DNA of 63,992 nt, counting the filler, from Welwitschia mirabilis (lineage: Eukaryota): the NCBI GenBank assembly GCA_051453625.1. It is 5 parts of one record of this genome, joined end to end, with 100 filler letters (N's around TTAATTAATTAA, not from the genome) between each part and the next. Parts side by side here need not be neighbours in the genome. Positions count along the whole stretch, not along the records: positions 35,268 to 59,737 come from JBOZIK010000001.1; 4 more parts are not named here. The stretch is one strand, 5' to 3'. The notes under the pieces were generated by a model. That model made no database searches. It saw only the letters and a program-made list of their open reading frames with translations, and was not told the origin of the DNA. The position numbers and the translations under genes were made by a program. Below, in pieces: positions 41,040 to 52,731 of the stretch (position 1 is the stretch's first letter; each line of letters begins with the position of its first letter).

Positions 41040-42123
41040 TTAAAGAATCGTGAGGTAAGGACGTTGCTGGCTGCTATGCTCGCTCTTGTTCCTCATCTGA
41101 ACCCAATGGAGTCTCAAAACCATAAGCTGAAAGACCAAAAACAATTCTATCCACCTTCTTGTGAACTCCCTTTGCAGTGTCTCTAGCTTGAAGTGCAATA
41201 TCTTTGACTTCAAACACTGCCTTAAGCAGGTCCTCATTAGTCATAGTTTTGAATCTTGTTCCTTCTTCAACTCTTTTCTTCTTCCGAGGAGGTGGAGTGG
41301 GAACTTTAATATCAACAAATGCATTCATTTTCTTCAATGAATTTTTTCAATGAATGAATGCTAAGTGTCTTAGTTGTTTTTACAAGCTCCTCATATTTGT
41401 CTACCACAAACAAATGATTTTCCAATAATGCAGTTATCAACCCAGTAAATGGCAAACTCGTATAACTAACAATGGATAACTTATGTAAAATAATATAATT
41501 TGACATAATTTTATCTTTACCCTTGTACCAAGACAATACAAAATATAGGCACACAAGGGTGAAACCCAATTTTTGTGCCCTAACTTAGGAATCAAATTGT
41601 GTGGAAATCTGCAATAATAATTTGTACAATGGTTTCAACTGATTGATTGGAATATTAACCCTCCATACAAAATTTCTTTCACAAGACGCCTTGATGAGGG
41701 TTTCCTTAGGAATTTCTTCTTCTAAAGAAGCCATAAAAGAGATTTCATGGAATAAACCTTCATTAGGCTAGATAGTAACAAGAGATAACAGACTCTGAAT
41801 TAATTTCTACTATCCTACATAGAATTTGATGGTAATCTTCTTTTCCTTGGAATTGAATTTGCCATTACAGTAAAATAAATGTACCATTCTAACTAAGGCC
41901 TTAGTATCTAGGTCCAAAGCATATATCCAACCTTGTTGCTTGAATTTGTGAGCTATCCGGACTTCGTGAGGGAGGACTTATAGTCAATCTTTCTTTTTAG
42001 AGTGACATGCCTCTTGGAAAAGTAGCTAAACCAATATTTTCTCTGGTCTGGAAATAGAAATCACTCTTCTTCAGAAGCAGGTTATTTTCCTTTCCTTAAG
42101 GCAAGTAGCTTAGTTCTTATCAT
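41040..42123 (-). pseudogene. env-like extra ORF of the SIRE element (disrupted)
   Basis: Lies between pol and the 3' LTR; begins MIRTK-like at ~42123; contains SLPFTGLITALLE (41312-41569) and a coiled-coil-like C-terminus. Confidence 0.7.
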
Positions 42124-42624
42124 GACGAATGACATGAGGTGACAGAGGAGGAAGAGGACAAAAATAATGGAATAAAAATGACAGAAAATGGCTATTTTAG
42201 GCTGTTAAAAAAAACCCTAATGGAGTAAGGGGTGTCTCACGTTTCTTGCATCTGCGTTGTAGTGCAGATGTTTAGGTACATCCTAGTGGATGTCCAGGTT
42301 TTAAAACCCTGAAATTTTAACATAAGAAAAGAGAAGATGTCCGAGAGTATAAACCGGGACGTTTGGGCATCAGTTCTAAGTCAGTTTTTCATAAAAAATT
42401 TAGATTTTTGCACCAAAAAAATCGGAATGAACAAGTCTAATGAAATCACAAGGTTGAGAAGTTTAGTAACTAACATGCTGAGAGAAAAGGTAAATTTTAC
42501 GGTAAGAAATAATGATTCAAGCTATCTTAACATGAAGACTCAAAGATATTATGATCAAGTTTTCTCATGATGACAAAGCTAGGTCCATCTAAATGTATGA
42601 AGAAATCAAGCTACATAGGGATAA

Positions 42625-45600
42625 GCCCCTATAGCTATGTTCTTTCTAAGACAAACAAATTTATCTTCACTTAAACTCTTTGTCATAATGTCAGTAATTT
42701 GATTATTTGTAGAAGGATATTTCAATGGAATCACATGGCATTGAACTTGTTCACGAATAAAATGATGTCTAATATTAATACGTTTGTTTCTAGAGTGTTG
42801 GACAAGATTTTTTATGATATCAATAGCACTAATGTTGTCATAATAGAGTTAAACTGTGTCTACCTTAACACCAGAATCCACCATCATTTATTTTATGCAC
42901 AACAGTTGAACGCAACAAGCATCTACAACAATGTACTCAACTTTAACTTTGGATAATGATGCAATGTTTTGTTTTCTACTTAGTCAAGAAGCCAAGCAGT
43001 TACCCATATAGAAAGAAGCACCAATTGTATTCTTTCTGTCATCCAAACACTCTGCCCAATTTGCATCACTGTAACCCACAAAATCAAGGGTGGTATCATA
43101 AGGTACCACACACCATAATTTTGGGTAGAGTTAAGATATCTTAAAATTCTGGTCACACATATCAAATGTGATTCTTTATGATCTAATTGATATGTGGCGC
43201 AAATGCCAACATTGTGAGCAATGTTAGGCCTTCTGGCAGTGGAGTGATGTGTAATAAGCTACCGGTCAATCTTGTATACAATGTTTGATCCACCGATCAA
43301 TCTTGAGTCCTTTGAATTAGCCTTTTCATATTTAGCCAATGCTTCTTGAATGTATTTGGATTGATTAATGAATATCCCCTCTTGCAATTGTTTGATTTGA
43401 AGATAGAATAAAAAATTTAGTTCACCTACTAAGCTCATTTCAAACTCATTTTGCATAAGTTGAGCAAAGTCTAGAGCAAGGAAATCTTTTGTAGATCCAA
43501 ACACAATGTCATCTAAGTATATTTGCACAACCAGATTATTTTTGTTGTCATGTTTTATGAATAAAGTTGGGTCTGCATTCCCCTTCAAAAAACCATTTAA
43601 ATCTAGAAACGAATTCAACCCTTCAAACCAAGCTCTTGGAGCTTGTCTCAAACCATGTAAAGTCTTATTCAATTTGTACACATGATTAAAGAATTTAGGA
43701 TCCACAATGCCCATGGGGTTGAGCAACATGGATTTCTTCATCAATATAATCATTAAGGGATGCATTCTTCACATCCATTTGACATAACTTAATTTTGTGA
43801 AAACAAGTAAAGGCTAGCAACATTCTAATGGCCTCAAGTCTAGCAATGGGAGCAAACGTTTCTTCATAATCAATTCCTTCTTGCTGACTATAGCCCTAAG
43901 CTACCTATCTAGCCTTATTTGGAATAATATTGTGATTTTTGTCCTATTTATTTTTAAATACCCATTTGGTTTCAATGTATGTTTTCCTTTAGGAGCCAAA
44001 ACCAAATTCCACAGCCTGTTGCGTTGAAATTGATTTAATTCTTGTTGCATTGCCAACATGCAGGCCTCGTCGAACTTTGCTTCTTGAAACGTTTTGGGCT
44101 CTAAAGTAGATATTAAGCATAGGAAGTTGTGTCTTATGTGCTTACTGCTTTTGGTGGTTGTCCTCTAATCTCGATTACCTAAGAGATTTTCTTGAGGATG
44201 ATCTCTCTTTGTTCTAAGAGGAAGAGATGTACTTTTTTTTGAGTTGTCTACTTCATTTACTTTAGAGGTTGATGGTTCATCTCCAGTATTAACTCTTGAA
44301 GTGGATGTTTCAACAATATTATAATCCTCAAATCTATCCATGGATAAAGTAATTTGATTTGAGTCTTCCACCTTAGCATTGGTAGATTCTTCAACTTTCT
44401 AGGTGGCTTTATTAGAAACTCTGAATGCCTTGCTAGTCAGAGAATAGCCTATGAAGATCCCATCATCTACCTTAGACTCAAATTTGCTTGTGGGACCTTT
44501 ATTTTTAAGGATGAAGCATTCACTACCAAAAACCTTGAAATATCCAACAGTTGGTTTCTTCTTGTGCTATAACTCATAAGAAGTGTTATGGGTACCTAGT
44601 CGCGGAAAGACTCTCTTACTTATATAACATGCTATATTTACTGTTTCATCCCAAAAATGTTACGGTAGAGAATGTTCCTTAAGCATTGTTCTTGCCATTT
44701 CAATAACAACCCTATTCTTTCATTTAGCCACACCATTTTGTTGAGGGTTTCTAGGAGCAAAAAACTAATATAAAATACCATTTGCATCACAATATTTCTC
44801 AAACTCATCATTTACAAATTCTCCTCTTCTATTAGATTGAATCACCTTAACAATGTAGCCCTTTTGATTTTGGATTTTCTTATAAATTTTAGCAAACATG
44901 TCAAAGGCTTCATCCTTATTCGAAAGAAATGACACCCAACAATATGTTGAAAAATCATTAGCCATAGTAAAAAATTCTCTTTTACCTCCTATGCTTCTAG
45001 TTTGTGTTAATGGTCTAATAGATGTTATATTGTTCTTACCTTTAAAGGTTGAACAACTAGCTTTAACTTAACACACGAGTCGCAAGCGTTAGCTTGAGAC
45101 ACATTGAGTCTAGGGACTCCTCTTACTACCTTTTTGATAGTCTTTGAGATTCATATGTTCCAATCTTCTATGCCAAATGTTGACATCTTCGTCGTTGACC
45201 ATATAGGATCTCTCACCTACTCTTTCATCACTTCCTATCACATACTTGCACTTAGATCTACTGTTGGTGAGAATGATATTGTTGGTGGTAGCATGTTGAA
45301 CAACACACTTAATTTGGTAAAAGAATACAATGTTGCCTCTATCACAAATTTGAGATACACTAAGTAGATTATGTTTTAGCCTATCTATAAGATAGACATC
45401 ATTTATGATTGGATAGTATTTGTCTGCAACAATTGATCTTTTACTGATAATGTGTCCTTTACTGTTATCTCCAAATGTCACTTCTCCATTGTCATATTCT
45501 TGTAAGAATATGAGCAAACTTTTATTCCCTATCATATGATAAGAACAAGTGCTATTTAGGTACCACTTGGTTTTCTCTTAAGCCTTAAAAGCTGCATGGG

Positions 45601-46930
45601 CAAGTAAAGATGAAACCATATTTTTCCTAACCCATTGCACATTGGATTTTTGGTCATCTTGTTGGGAGGATTCACTTATAAATCTAAAACTATAATTGTA
45701 TCCGAAATAAAAGGACTTTTTGTATGAACACAAAAACTGAACATGACCATACTTGTTACAATAATGACACATTAAGCTCACTCTACCAAATGATTGATAT
45801 TTAACACTAGAACCAAAATTTTGAAAACTTGGTGACGTATTATAAGAGCTACCAATACCAGATTTATCATAAGGATTTTGTCTCATACCCAATAGATTAT
45901 CTCTACTTTGAGTGAATGGATACACAATGTTTCTAGCATCTTGAAGTTCTATTGTGAAGGATTCTATCTTGCTATTAGTTTTTTCGAATTTGCATTCTAG
46001 GTCATCCAAATATTTTTTTATAATGTAAGTTATTCTTTCCTAGATCCACACTAAGCAAGTACAATTTTTCATAAGCATCTAGAAGTTCATCATAATTAAA
46101 ATCTGAATCATTACAATCAAGGAAATCATTTTTCAAAAGGTATATGCTCATTATCTAATAGACAATCATTAGCTATAAAACAATATTGGCATGAATTACT
46201 TACCTTGTCTGCTATAATGATTAGTCCAAAATCCACAATCTCTACATCATCCCTAGAGCTGGCATCATCTACATCATCACTGGAGCTGGCATCATCTACT
46301 TTTGAGTCATCGTCCCAAGTTGCTTTCAATACCTTCTTCCCTTTTCCTTTTGCTCTTTTCTCTTTTTTGATGTTTGTGCATTTGAAGCCATATGTCCAAA
46401 ACCTTTGCATTCAAAATATTGAATAGATGAAAAAGAGCTCTTACCTCTCTCATTTCCATGTTTGATTGGTGTTTTAGTAGCTTTTCCTTTTGTCTCCGTC
46501 TTCTCCATCATCACATAAAGGATCTTTATAATCTTCTTCACATGCCCTGATTGCAATACTATTCTTTTTAGGTGCTTTGTCTTCTGGAAGGATAGTTGCC
46601 TTAGAGGCTATTAAAGAACCTTTCAGCTCGTCTACTTTCATGCAATCAATATCCTTCCTTTCTTTGATAGCTGTAATCTTTTGCCTAACTTAAGATTTTC
46701 CAAACAACTCCATCCCTAGGAACCCTTTTTGCAACCCCTATATATGGTTGACGATATTACTGATTTTTTTATTATAACCCTTCACTAATTCTTATTCCTT
46801 CATTTTTATATTCTCAATCTTGGCGCAAGAAGTTGTAGCTTCGTATGCTTGATGATGTTTGTACCTTCTTGAGCTATCCTAAGCGTCTCTCACATGTCTT
46901 CTGCCATGGTGTATTGTGCTAGTTGCTTGT
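42625..46930 (-). pseudogene. gag-pol pseudogene of the SIRE element
   Basis: Fragmented ORFs 42980-43165, 43259-43765, 44765-44965, 45110-45535, 45578-46009 and 46126-46556 in copia domain order. Confidence 0.9.
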
Positions 46931-47032
46931 ATNNNNNNNNNNNNNNNNNNNNNNNNNNNNNNNNNNNNNNNNNNNNNNNNNNNNNNNNNNNNNNNNNNNN
47001 NNNNNNNNNNNNNNNNNNNNNNNNNNNNNNNN

Positions 47033-48804
47033 ATTGCTACCACTCTGTTGTTGTGCCTGGGCATCACTCTCAACATCAACAGGGCTAGAAGAAGCATGTC
47101 CCCCTGTATTTGTAGTCATACGCTCCCAACTATCAACTGTTCTCTTTCTAACTCTAGGCATAGAGGCCTTGTGCTCACTCACAGAACCAGAGCCCGCTTT
47201 CTCCATTTGCCTTTGTGCTAGAAGATCAACAAGTTTTGCCTTATTTTTCTTTCTCTCTTCTCTGCGGTTTAAATAGGTACGCATTTCTTCCATCCCAGAA
47301 AGGCTAGGTAAGTTAGGGCGAGCCACAACATCATGACCTGGTAATTAAGCAATATGATATCTCATTTTGTTTACACCTCCATGATATGTGACCTGATAGT
47401 AATTGCATTTTAACACATTTGAATTTGTACAATCTGGTTGTGTACAATGTTGCCATGCTGGAGCCCTCCTTGACTTTGTTTAATCACTGTAATAATGAAT
47501 CATGAAAGCAAGTTAGCTAAGATGCAATAATGTTATAACAGACATTAATGAATAGGAAAGATAAGACCATTGAAATCATGGATGTATATGATAAATTTTT
47601 TGCCTTATGTACAATTTATGAAGACTTAAGGCACATATATTGTGATTTGTGAATGGGCCAACAATCTAAGAATTGTAGGTGAAATTACACAATGTTTGTG
47701 AAATCAAGAGCGAGGCAACGATGAGTGCATTATTTAAATAAATGAAAAATCTGAAACTCAGAGAGAATAAGCCACTATCCAAACTATGAGTGATGTAGAT
47801 ATCATTAACTGATAGTTGCAGGAATAAGGTCAAATACTAGGGAGCTTACATCTAAGAATTGTATCATGAATAATCTTCCTACAAAGTACAAACCTATGAC
47901 AAGAATTATAAAAGCTGTTAAGATTAATATTCGGTAAACCACTTCTAACATGCCTATGAAATTCACAGAAGCACACAAGGTAAAAGCAATTGGCATGAAC
48001 TTACAACACCATCCATGTCTACTTGGTGCGTTGAGCTAAAAGTCAAGTGGCATCCCCAAAAGCTCTTTCTTATGAATTGTTTCTTGAAGTGAGTGTTTGG
48101 TTTTGTATGTGGTGGCATTTAAGGTATAAGTGCATGCTTTGTGATTAAGATCTCCTAATGGTTTAAGGCAGTTTAATGGAATGGTTGGGCCTTGGGAACT
48201 CAAATCATTTCTAGGTGCAGCATGACTTAAAGCATAATGGCTTCAAGGCACCTAAATTTGTAGAATTTGAGGATCTCGAATAAAGGGATTTCTAGTGCCA
48301 TGCAGATGATCCAACATTCTTTGGAAACGTTCATTGTCATAAGTCATAACAATCTTACTCTACAAATCTACCTCTTAAGATAAACAAATAAACTCTTCAT
48401 TTTAAACTCAGTACAAAAATCTGAAACTCAGAGAGAACAAGCACGCAAGGTAAAATTGGATTGGAGTCTAGATGAGCAGAGCAGCCAGAGCTTCTTGCCT
48501 GATTACCTCCCTCTCAACCTATTGTGTGGATCCCTTCTCTACTAGTTATGCCCTTCTCTATCGGCGGTTCCGTTGTTGCTTTTGTGATTCTACTGTATGC
48601 GCAGTAGGTTTTGTTTTCAACCTGACCAACACGCCACATGCGAGTGTCAGTTTTCTTTCTTTTAACTGACTCAGGTGACTAGTTGCCTCTCTGCTAGATG
48701 ACGACTAGTCACCATCAGTCTTCTAAAAAAGTCAAGGGTCGGCATGAGTTAGTCGGGGCGACTAACCGCTTGTCGATGATTAGTTACCGGTTCTTTAAAC
48801 ATTA
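47033..48804 (-). mobile_element. 5' half of a hAT transposon with BED zinc-finger transposase start
   Basis: TIR gttctttaaacatta ends at 48804; cgacta/tagtc subterminal repeats 48670-48790; minus strand ~47340-47460 encodes WQHC...LKCNY...YHGGVNKMRYHIA (BED finger), followed by ORF 46919-47326. Confidence 0.8.
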
Positions 48805-49940
48805 GGAAGAGTGATACGAGGTACTTACCAGTTTATTTGACGTTCACATTTTACTACAACGAATAACATCATTTCCTAGTGAACGCTTACTACTCGAAAG
48901 ATTCGTGATAAGGATAGATTCTTTAGTGTTGGAAACGATCCTCAAGGAATAGTCCATCGGAAACCCATGTAAACTAAAATTCCTTTGGTGGCAAGTGACT
49001 TTGGTTGCCTAGGAATTCGACACAGAGAAGGTTAAAGGGAAGCACAACCTTCTCCTAGATGTACTAATGAGAGAACTTGTACATTGGTCCGAAGTACTAT
49101 TGGCCATGGCACAACTTTACTAGTTTGTAACATCCAACACCAACGAAGCCAGAATAGATCCTTACTTCAGGGAGGGATACTGCCTTCCAAAGGCACCAAC
49201 GATCAACAATATGCGAATGTAAGACTTTCAGAGGGCTTGCGTAAAAAGACTACTTCAACTCAGCGGATGGCAAAAGAGGTTAGAGAAATTCTTATGCAAT
49301 ATTTGAACAGAAGACAAGGTATTTTGATCCACCTTAGCTGATATCGAGTATCAGGTGTAGAATGCATTGAACTCATACTGTTTACAGTTAAAACAAATTT
49401 TTTCAAGTTTAGACTCATTGGAAAAAGATTCATCCCCTTGTAATCTAATAATTTTTTATCGGATAATCAAAATGTTAGTGGTGAATGGTTCTTATGGCCT
49501 CTATGGCAGAGGCAAGAAAAATATTTCCGTCATAAGATTTGTTGGCAAGATGGAACTCGCATGACTATTAGGTGCTATGCACGAGTAATGAAAATTTCAA
49601 GGAATTGGGGCAATTTCCATCAATGGTGGAAAGACTTTGGTTTTGCCATCAACAGAAGCATGATGAAACCAAATCAATGGATTCTACAAGACTATCTAAC
49701 CCATGACGAATGCAACAAAGCTTTCCCGCTCGACTTTGCCTTTGATGCCATTATAGCGAGATCATAACAACTAGACATGGAAATGGTCTTACACAACATA
49801 CCGTACTAGTTAATGTCTATACTCGAGAAACGACCTGGTGAAGGATGGTTCTACGAGACATATGAAGGAGAATGCAAAATGATCATGCAAGCAATGTCGG
49901 AATAGCATCTGTCATTCCCAGACAAAGTACCCGTGACACT
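48805..49940 (+). mobile_element. Endogenous pararetrovirus (Caulimoviridae, Florendovirus-like) fragment: RNase H C-terminus plus downstream ORF remnant
   Basis: 48884-49075 translates RLLLERFVIRIDSLVLETILKE*SIGNPCKLKFLWWQVTLVA*EFDTEKVKGKHNLLLDVLMRE, the caulimovirid RH-end pattern; FHQWWKDFG motif in ORF 49561-49767. Confidence 0.65.
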
Positions 49941-52582
49941 AAATATAGGGACACGAAAACTGAACATGGCCATACTTGTTACAATAATGACACCTTAAGC
50001 TCACTCTAGCAAATGATTGATATTTAATACTAGGGCCAAAATATTGAAAAAATGGCGATGAGCTATGAGAGCTACCAACACTAGATTTATCATGAGGATT
50101 TCGTCCCACACCCAACAATTTATTTAGATTATCTCTACCTTGAGTTAAGCGATTTGCAAAATTTTTAGCATCTTGTAACTCCATTGTCAATGAATCTATC
50201 TTGTTATTATCTTCTTTTAATGTGCATTCTAAATCATCTACAGATTTTTTATATGACAAAGTTTTCTTGCCTAAGTTTATACTAAGGGCATACAACTTTT
50301 CATAGGCATCTATAAGTTCATCATATTCGAAATCCAAATCATCACAATCATGAAAATCATTTTCTAAAACTATTTGTTCATTATCCAAAGGTGAATTACT
50401 AGCTATAAAACAATGGTGGCTTGAGGTACTTATCTTATGTACTGCCACAAGGAGTCCAAAATCTATAACCTCTTCATCATAACTGGAGTTGGCAGCGTCT
50501 ACTTCTGAGTCATCATCCCAAGTTCCTTTCAACACCCTCTTCCCTTTTCCTTTTGCTCTTTTCTCATTTTTTCTTGTTTGGCATTTTGAAGCCACACGTC
50601 CAAAACCTTTACATTCATAACATTGAATAGATGAAGAAGAGCTCTTACCTCTCTCATTTCCACGTATGATTAGTCTTTTAGTAGCTTTTCTGTCTTTCAT
50701 TTTTCTGACAAAGCGTTTGAAGTTCCTTGTCAGAAGAGCAAGGTCTTCATCTTCTCCATCATCACAGGAAGGATCTTTATAATCTTCCTCACATACGTTG
50801 AGAGTTATACTTTTCCTTTTAGGTGCTTCATCTTCTAAAAGGATAGTTGCCTCATATGTTGTTACAGAACCTTTTAGCTTTTCGACTTTCATATAGTCAA
50901 TAACCTTACTTTCTCTGATAACTGTAATTTTTGGCCTAAACTTTAGAGTTAGGCTCCTTAAGATTTTGCAAACAACTCGATTCTCAGAAACCTGTCTCCA
51001 AGCCCCCACATAATGTTGATGATATTACTGATTTTTATAGTATAATTTTCCACTGATTCTGGTTGCTACATTTTTATCTTCTCGAACTTTGTGGCAAGAA
51101 GTTGCAACTTTGTATTCTTGATAGCATTTGTACCTTTGCGATCTATCCTAAAGGTCTCCCACATGTCTTCTGCTGTTGTGCATTGCACTACTCAATCGCA
51201 TTCTTCATTGACAACACATAGATAATAGCATTTATTGCTTGTGCATTAAGTTGAGCCTTCCTTTTGTCATTTGAATCCCAATTATTTCTTTGCTTGAGAG
51301 TAATGTTACCAATGTTATCCATCTCAGTTAGTAGTTCTTAAACTTTCAGGACCATCTCCCAAATGTCTGGATCGATAGATGTCATGAGGATTGCCATTTT
51401 TCGCTTCCAAGAAGCGTAATTCATTCCAGTGAAGAACGGTGGTCTAGTAATAGCCTGTCCTTCTAGGTATTTGGGATAGGTTGAGGATGCCATACCTTTT
51501 GGACTTGATAAAACACAAAAATACAAATAGATCTGGAGGAACAAGCCTCTGATACTAATTGTTAGGATTGAAATGGTAGCCTAAAAGAGAGGCGCGGGCG
51601 GGGGATAGGGTGTTATCGAAAGACAACCTTTTATAAAACAAAAACAACAGTGGAGAAAGCGTAAACATGAATAAATGAGTACACCAAGAATTTATCGTGG
51701 TTCGGCACCCTTGCCCACTTCACTCTCAGGGCACAACAACAGCTCTTAGCCTCCTGGTTCCCTTAAACCTCTTAAGTACAATGTACAACATCCTTTTCTA
51801 AAGGGATTTGAGGTCTTACAACAACTCGCTTACTCANNNNNNNNNNATTGGAGGGCCTAAGGGAGTATGTGCCTTTCATGCTTTCAGCATCAACGTTTTC
51901 AGGAAGTAACTCCTCATGGAGTTGATATCTCTGCGAGGCATGTGCACACTTGATAGTACAATCACTTTTGAATGAAAATAGTTCAATACAATTCCAAAAA
52001 TTCATTACAATGACAATGACACTTTGTACTTCTATAGATTGCACTTAAAAGCTAGTTGTTAGAATCTCGTTTGAAGCGCTCTGAACTTTTGTTAATGTGC
52101 CAAAAAGGTCTTCCACTTGTTAGCTCCTTGACGTGCGTAATGCAATGTGCACAAAATTTACATTTCCGCTCAGACATTCATCTAGGTAGACATCCCATTT
52201 TTATAGGCCCGATGTCCTATTCTTAATAGTTACTCTCTGTCAAAACTGAGAAGGGATTCAGACATCTCACATTAGTAGGCCAGATGTCCCTATACATTGA
52301 GATAGAGTTTAGGCCGGACGCGTTGGTTTTGCAAGGCCGACGTCCCCATATACTGAAGCCAGGTATAGGTCCAAACTTGTCGATTTTGCAGGGTGGATGC
52401 TGTAGTATTTTGTGCCATTCGAACTTCCATCTGTCAGTCTTGGTTGTTCTGCTTGCTTTTCATCAAAGTCCTTTAGCCTATAGAGAGTCTCCTTGTATTA
52501 TTGCAAGTCCAAATTTCTTGTCAGGAACTTTAGATGGATCATGTTGGTCTATTTGTCATCATTGAAACTGATTTCTCCAATA
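49939..52582 (-). mobile_element. Second SIRE-type 5' half: 5' LTR 51560-52582, PBS 51545-51557, gag truncated after second zinc knuckle
   Basis: EGQAITRPPFFTGMNYASWKRKM gag start; 356-aa ORF 49939-51009 with CYECKGFGRVASKC and CHYCNKYGHVQFSC; LTR homologous to 38953-40097. Confidence 0.92.
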
Positions 52583-52731
52583 GATTTCATGTTTGATTCT
52601 CCTTGTTGGAGGGATGTTAAAGCTAATCACAACTTATGAGAACGACTACATTATGACTGAGAAAATCTCATTCAATGTTCTTATCCATTTTGTGTCCAAA
52701 TATTGGAAAGTTTTGGGCCTTTATCATTGCA

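Larger units (their letters stand above)
38953..46932 (-). mobile_element. SIRE/Maximus-type Ty1/copia element: 3' LTR 38953-40097, multiple PPTs, env-like ORF, RH-RT-INT-PR-gag; 5' part ends in a gap
   Basis: LTR tgttagg...tccaaca; PPT complements at ~40098, 40172 and 40841; RT (HGLRQAPRAWFE, QIYLDDIVFGS), integrase (DFSTYCWVSFL...RGEF), protease region (VTFGDNSKG), CX2CX4HX4C knuckles. Confidence 0.92.

Noticed and set aside
49939..51009. 356-aa ORF as a host or domesticated zinc-knuckle gene
   Set aside because: It is SIRE gag with PBS and LTR upstream, a disrupted N-terminus and a truncated 3' end.
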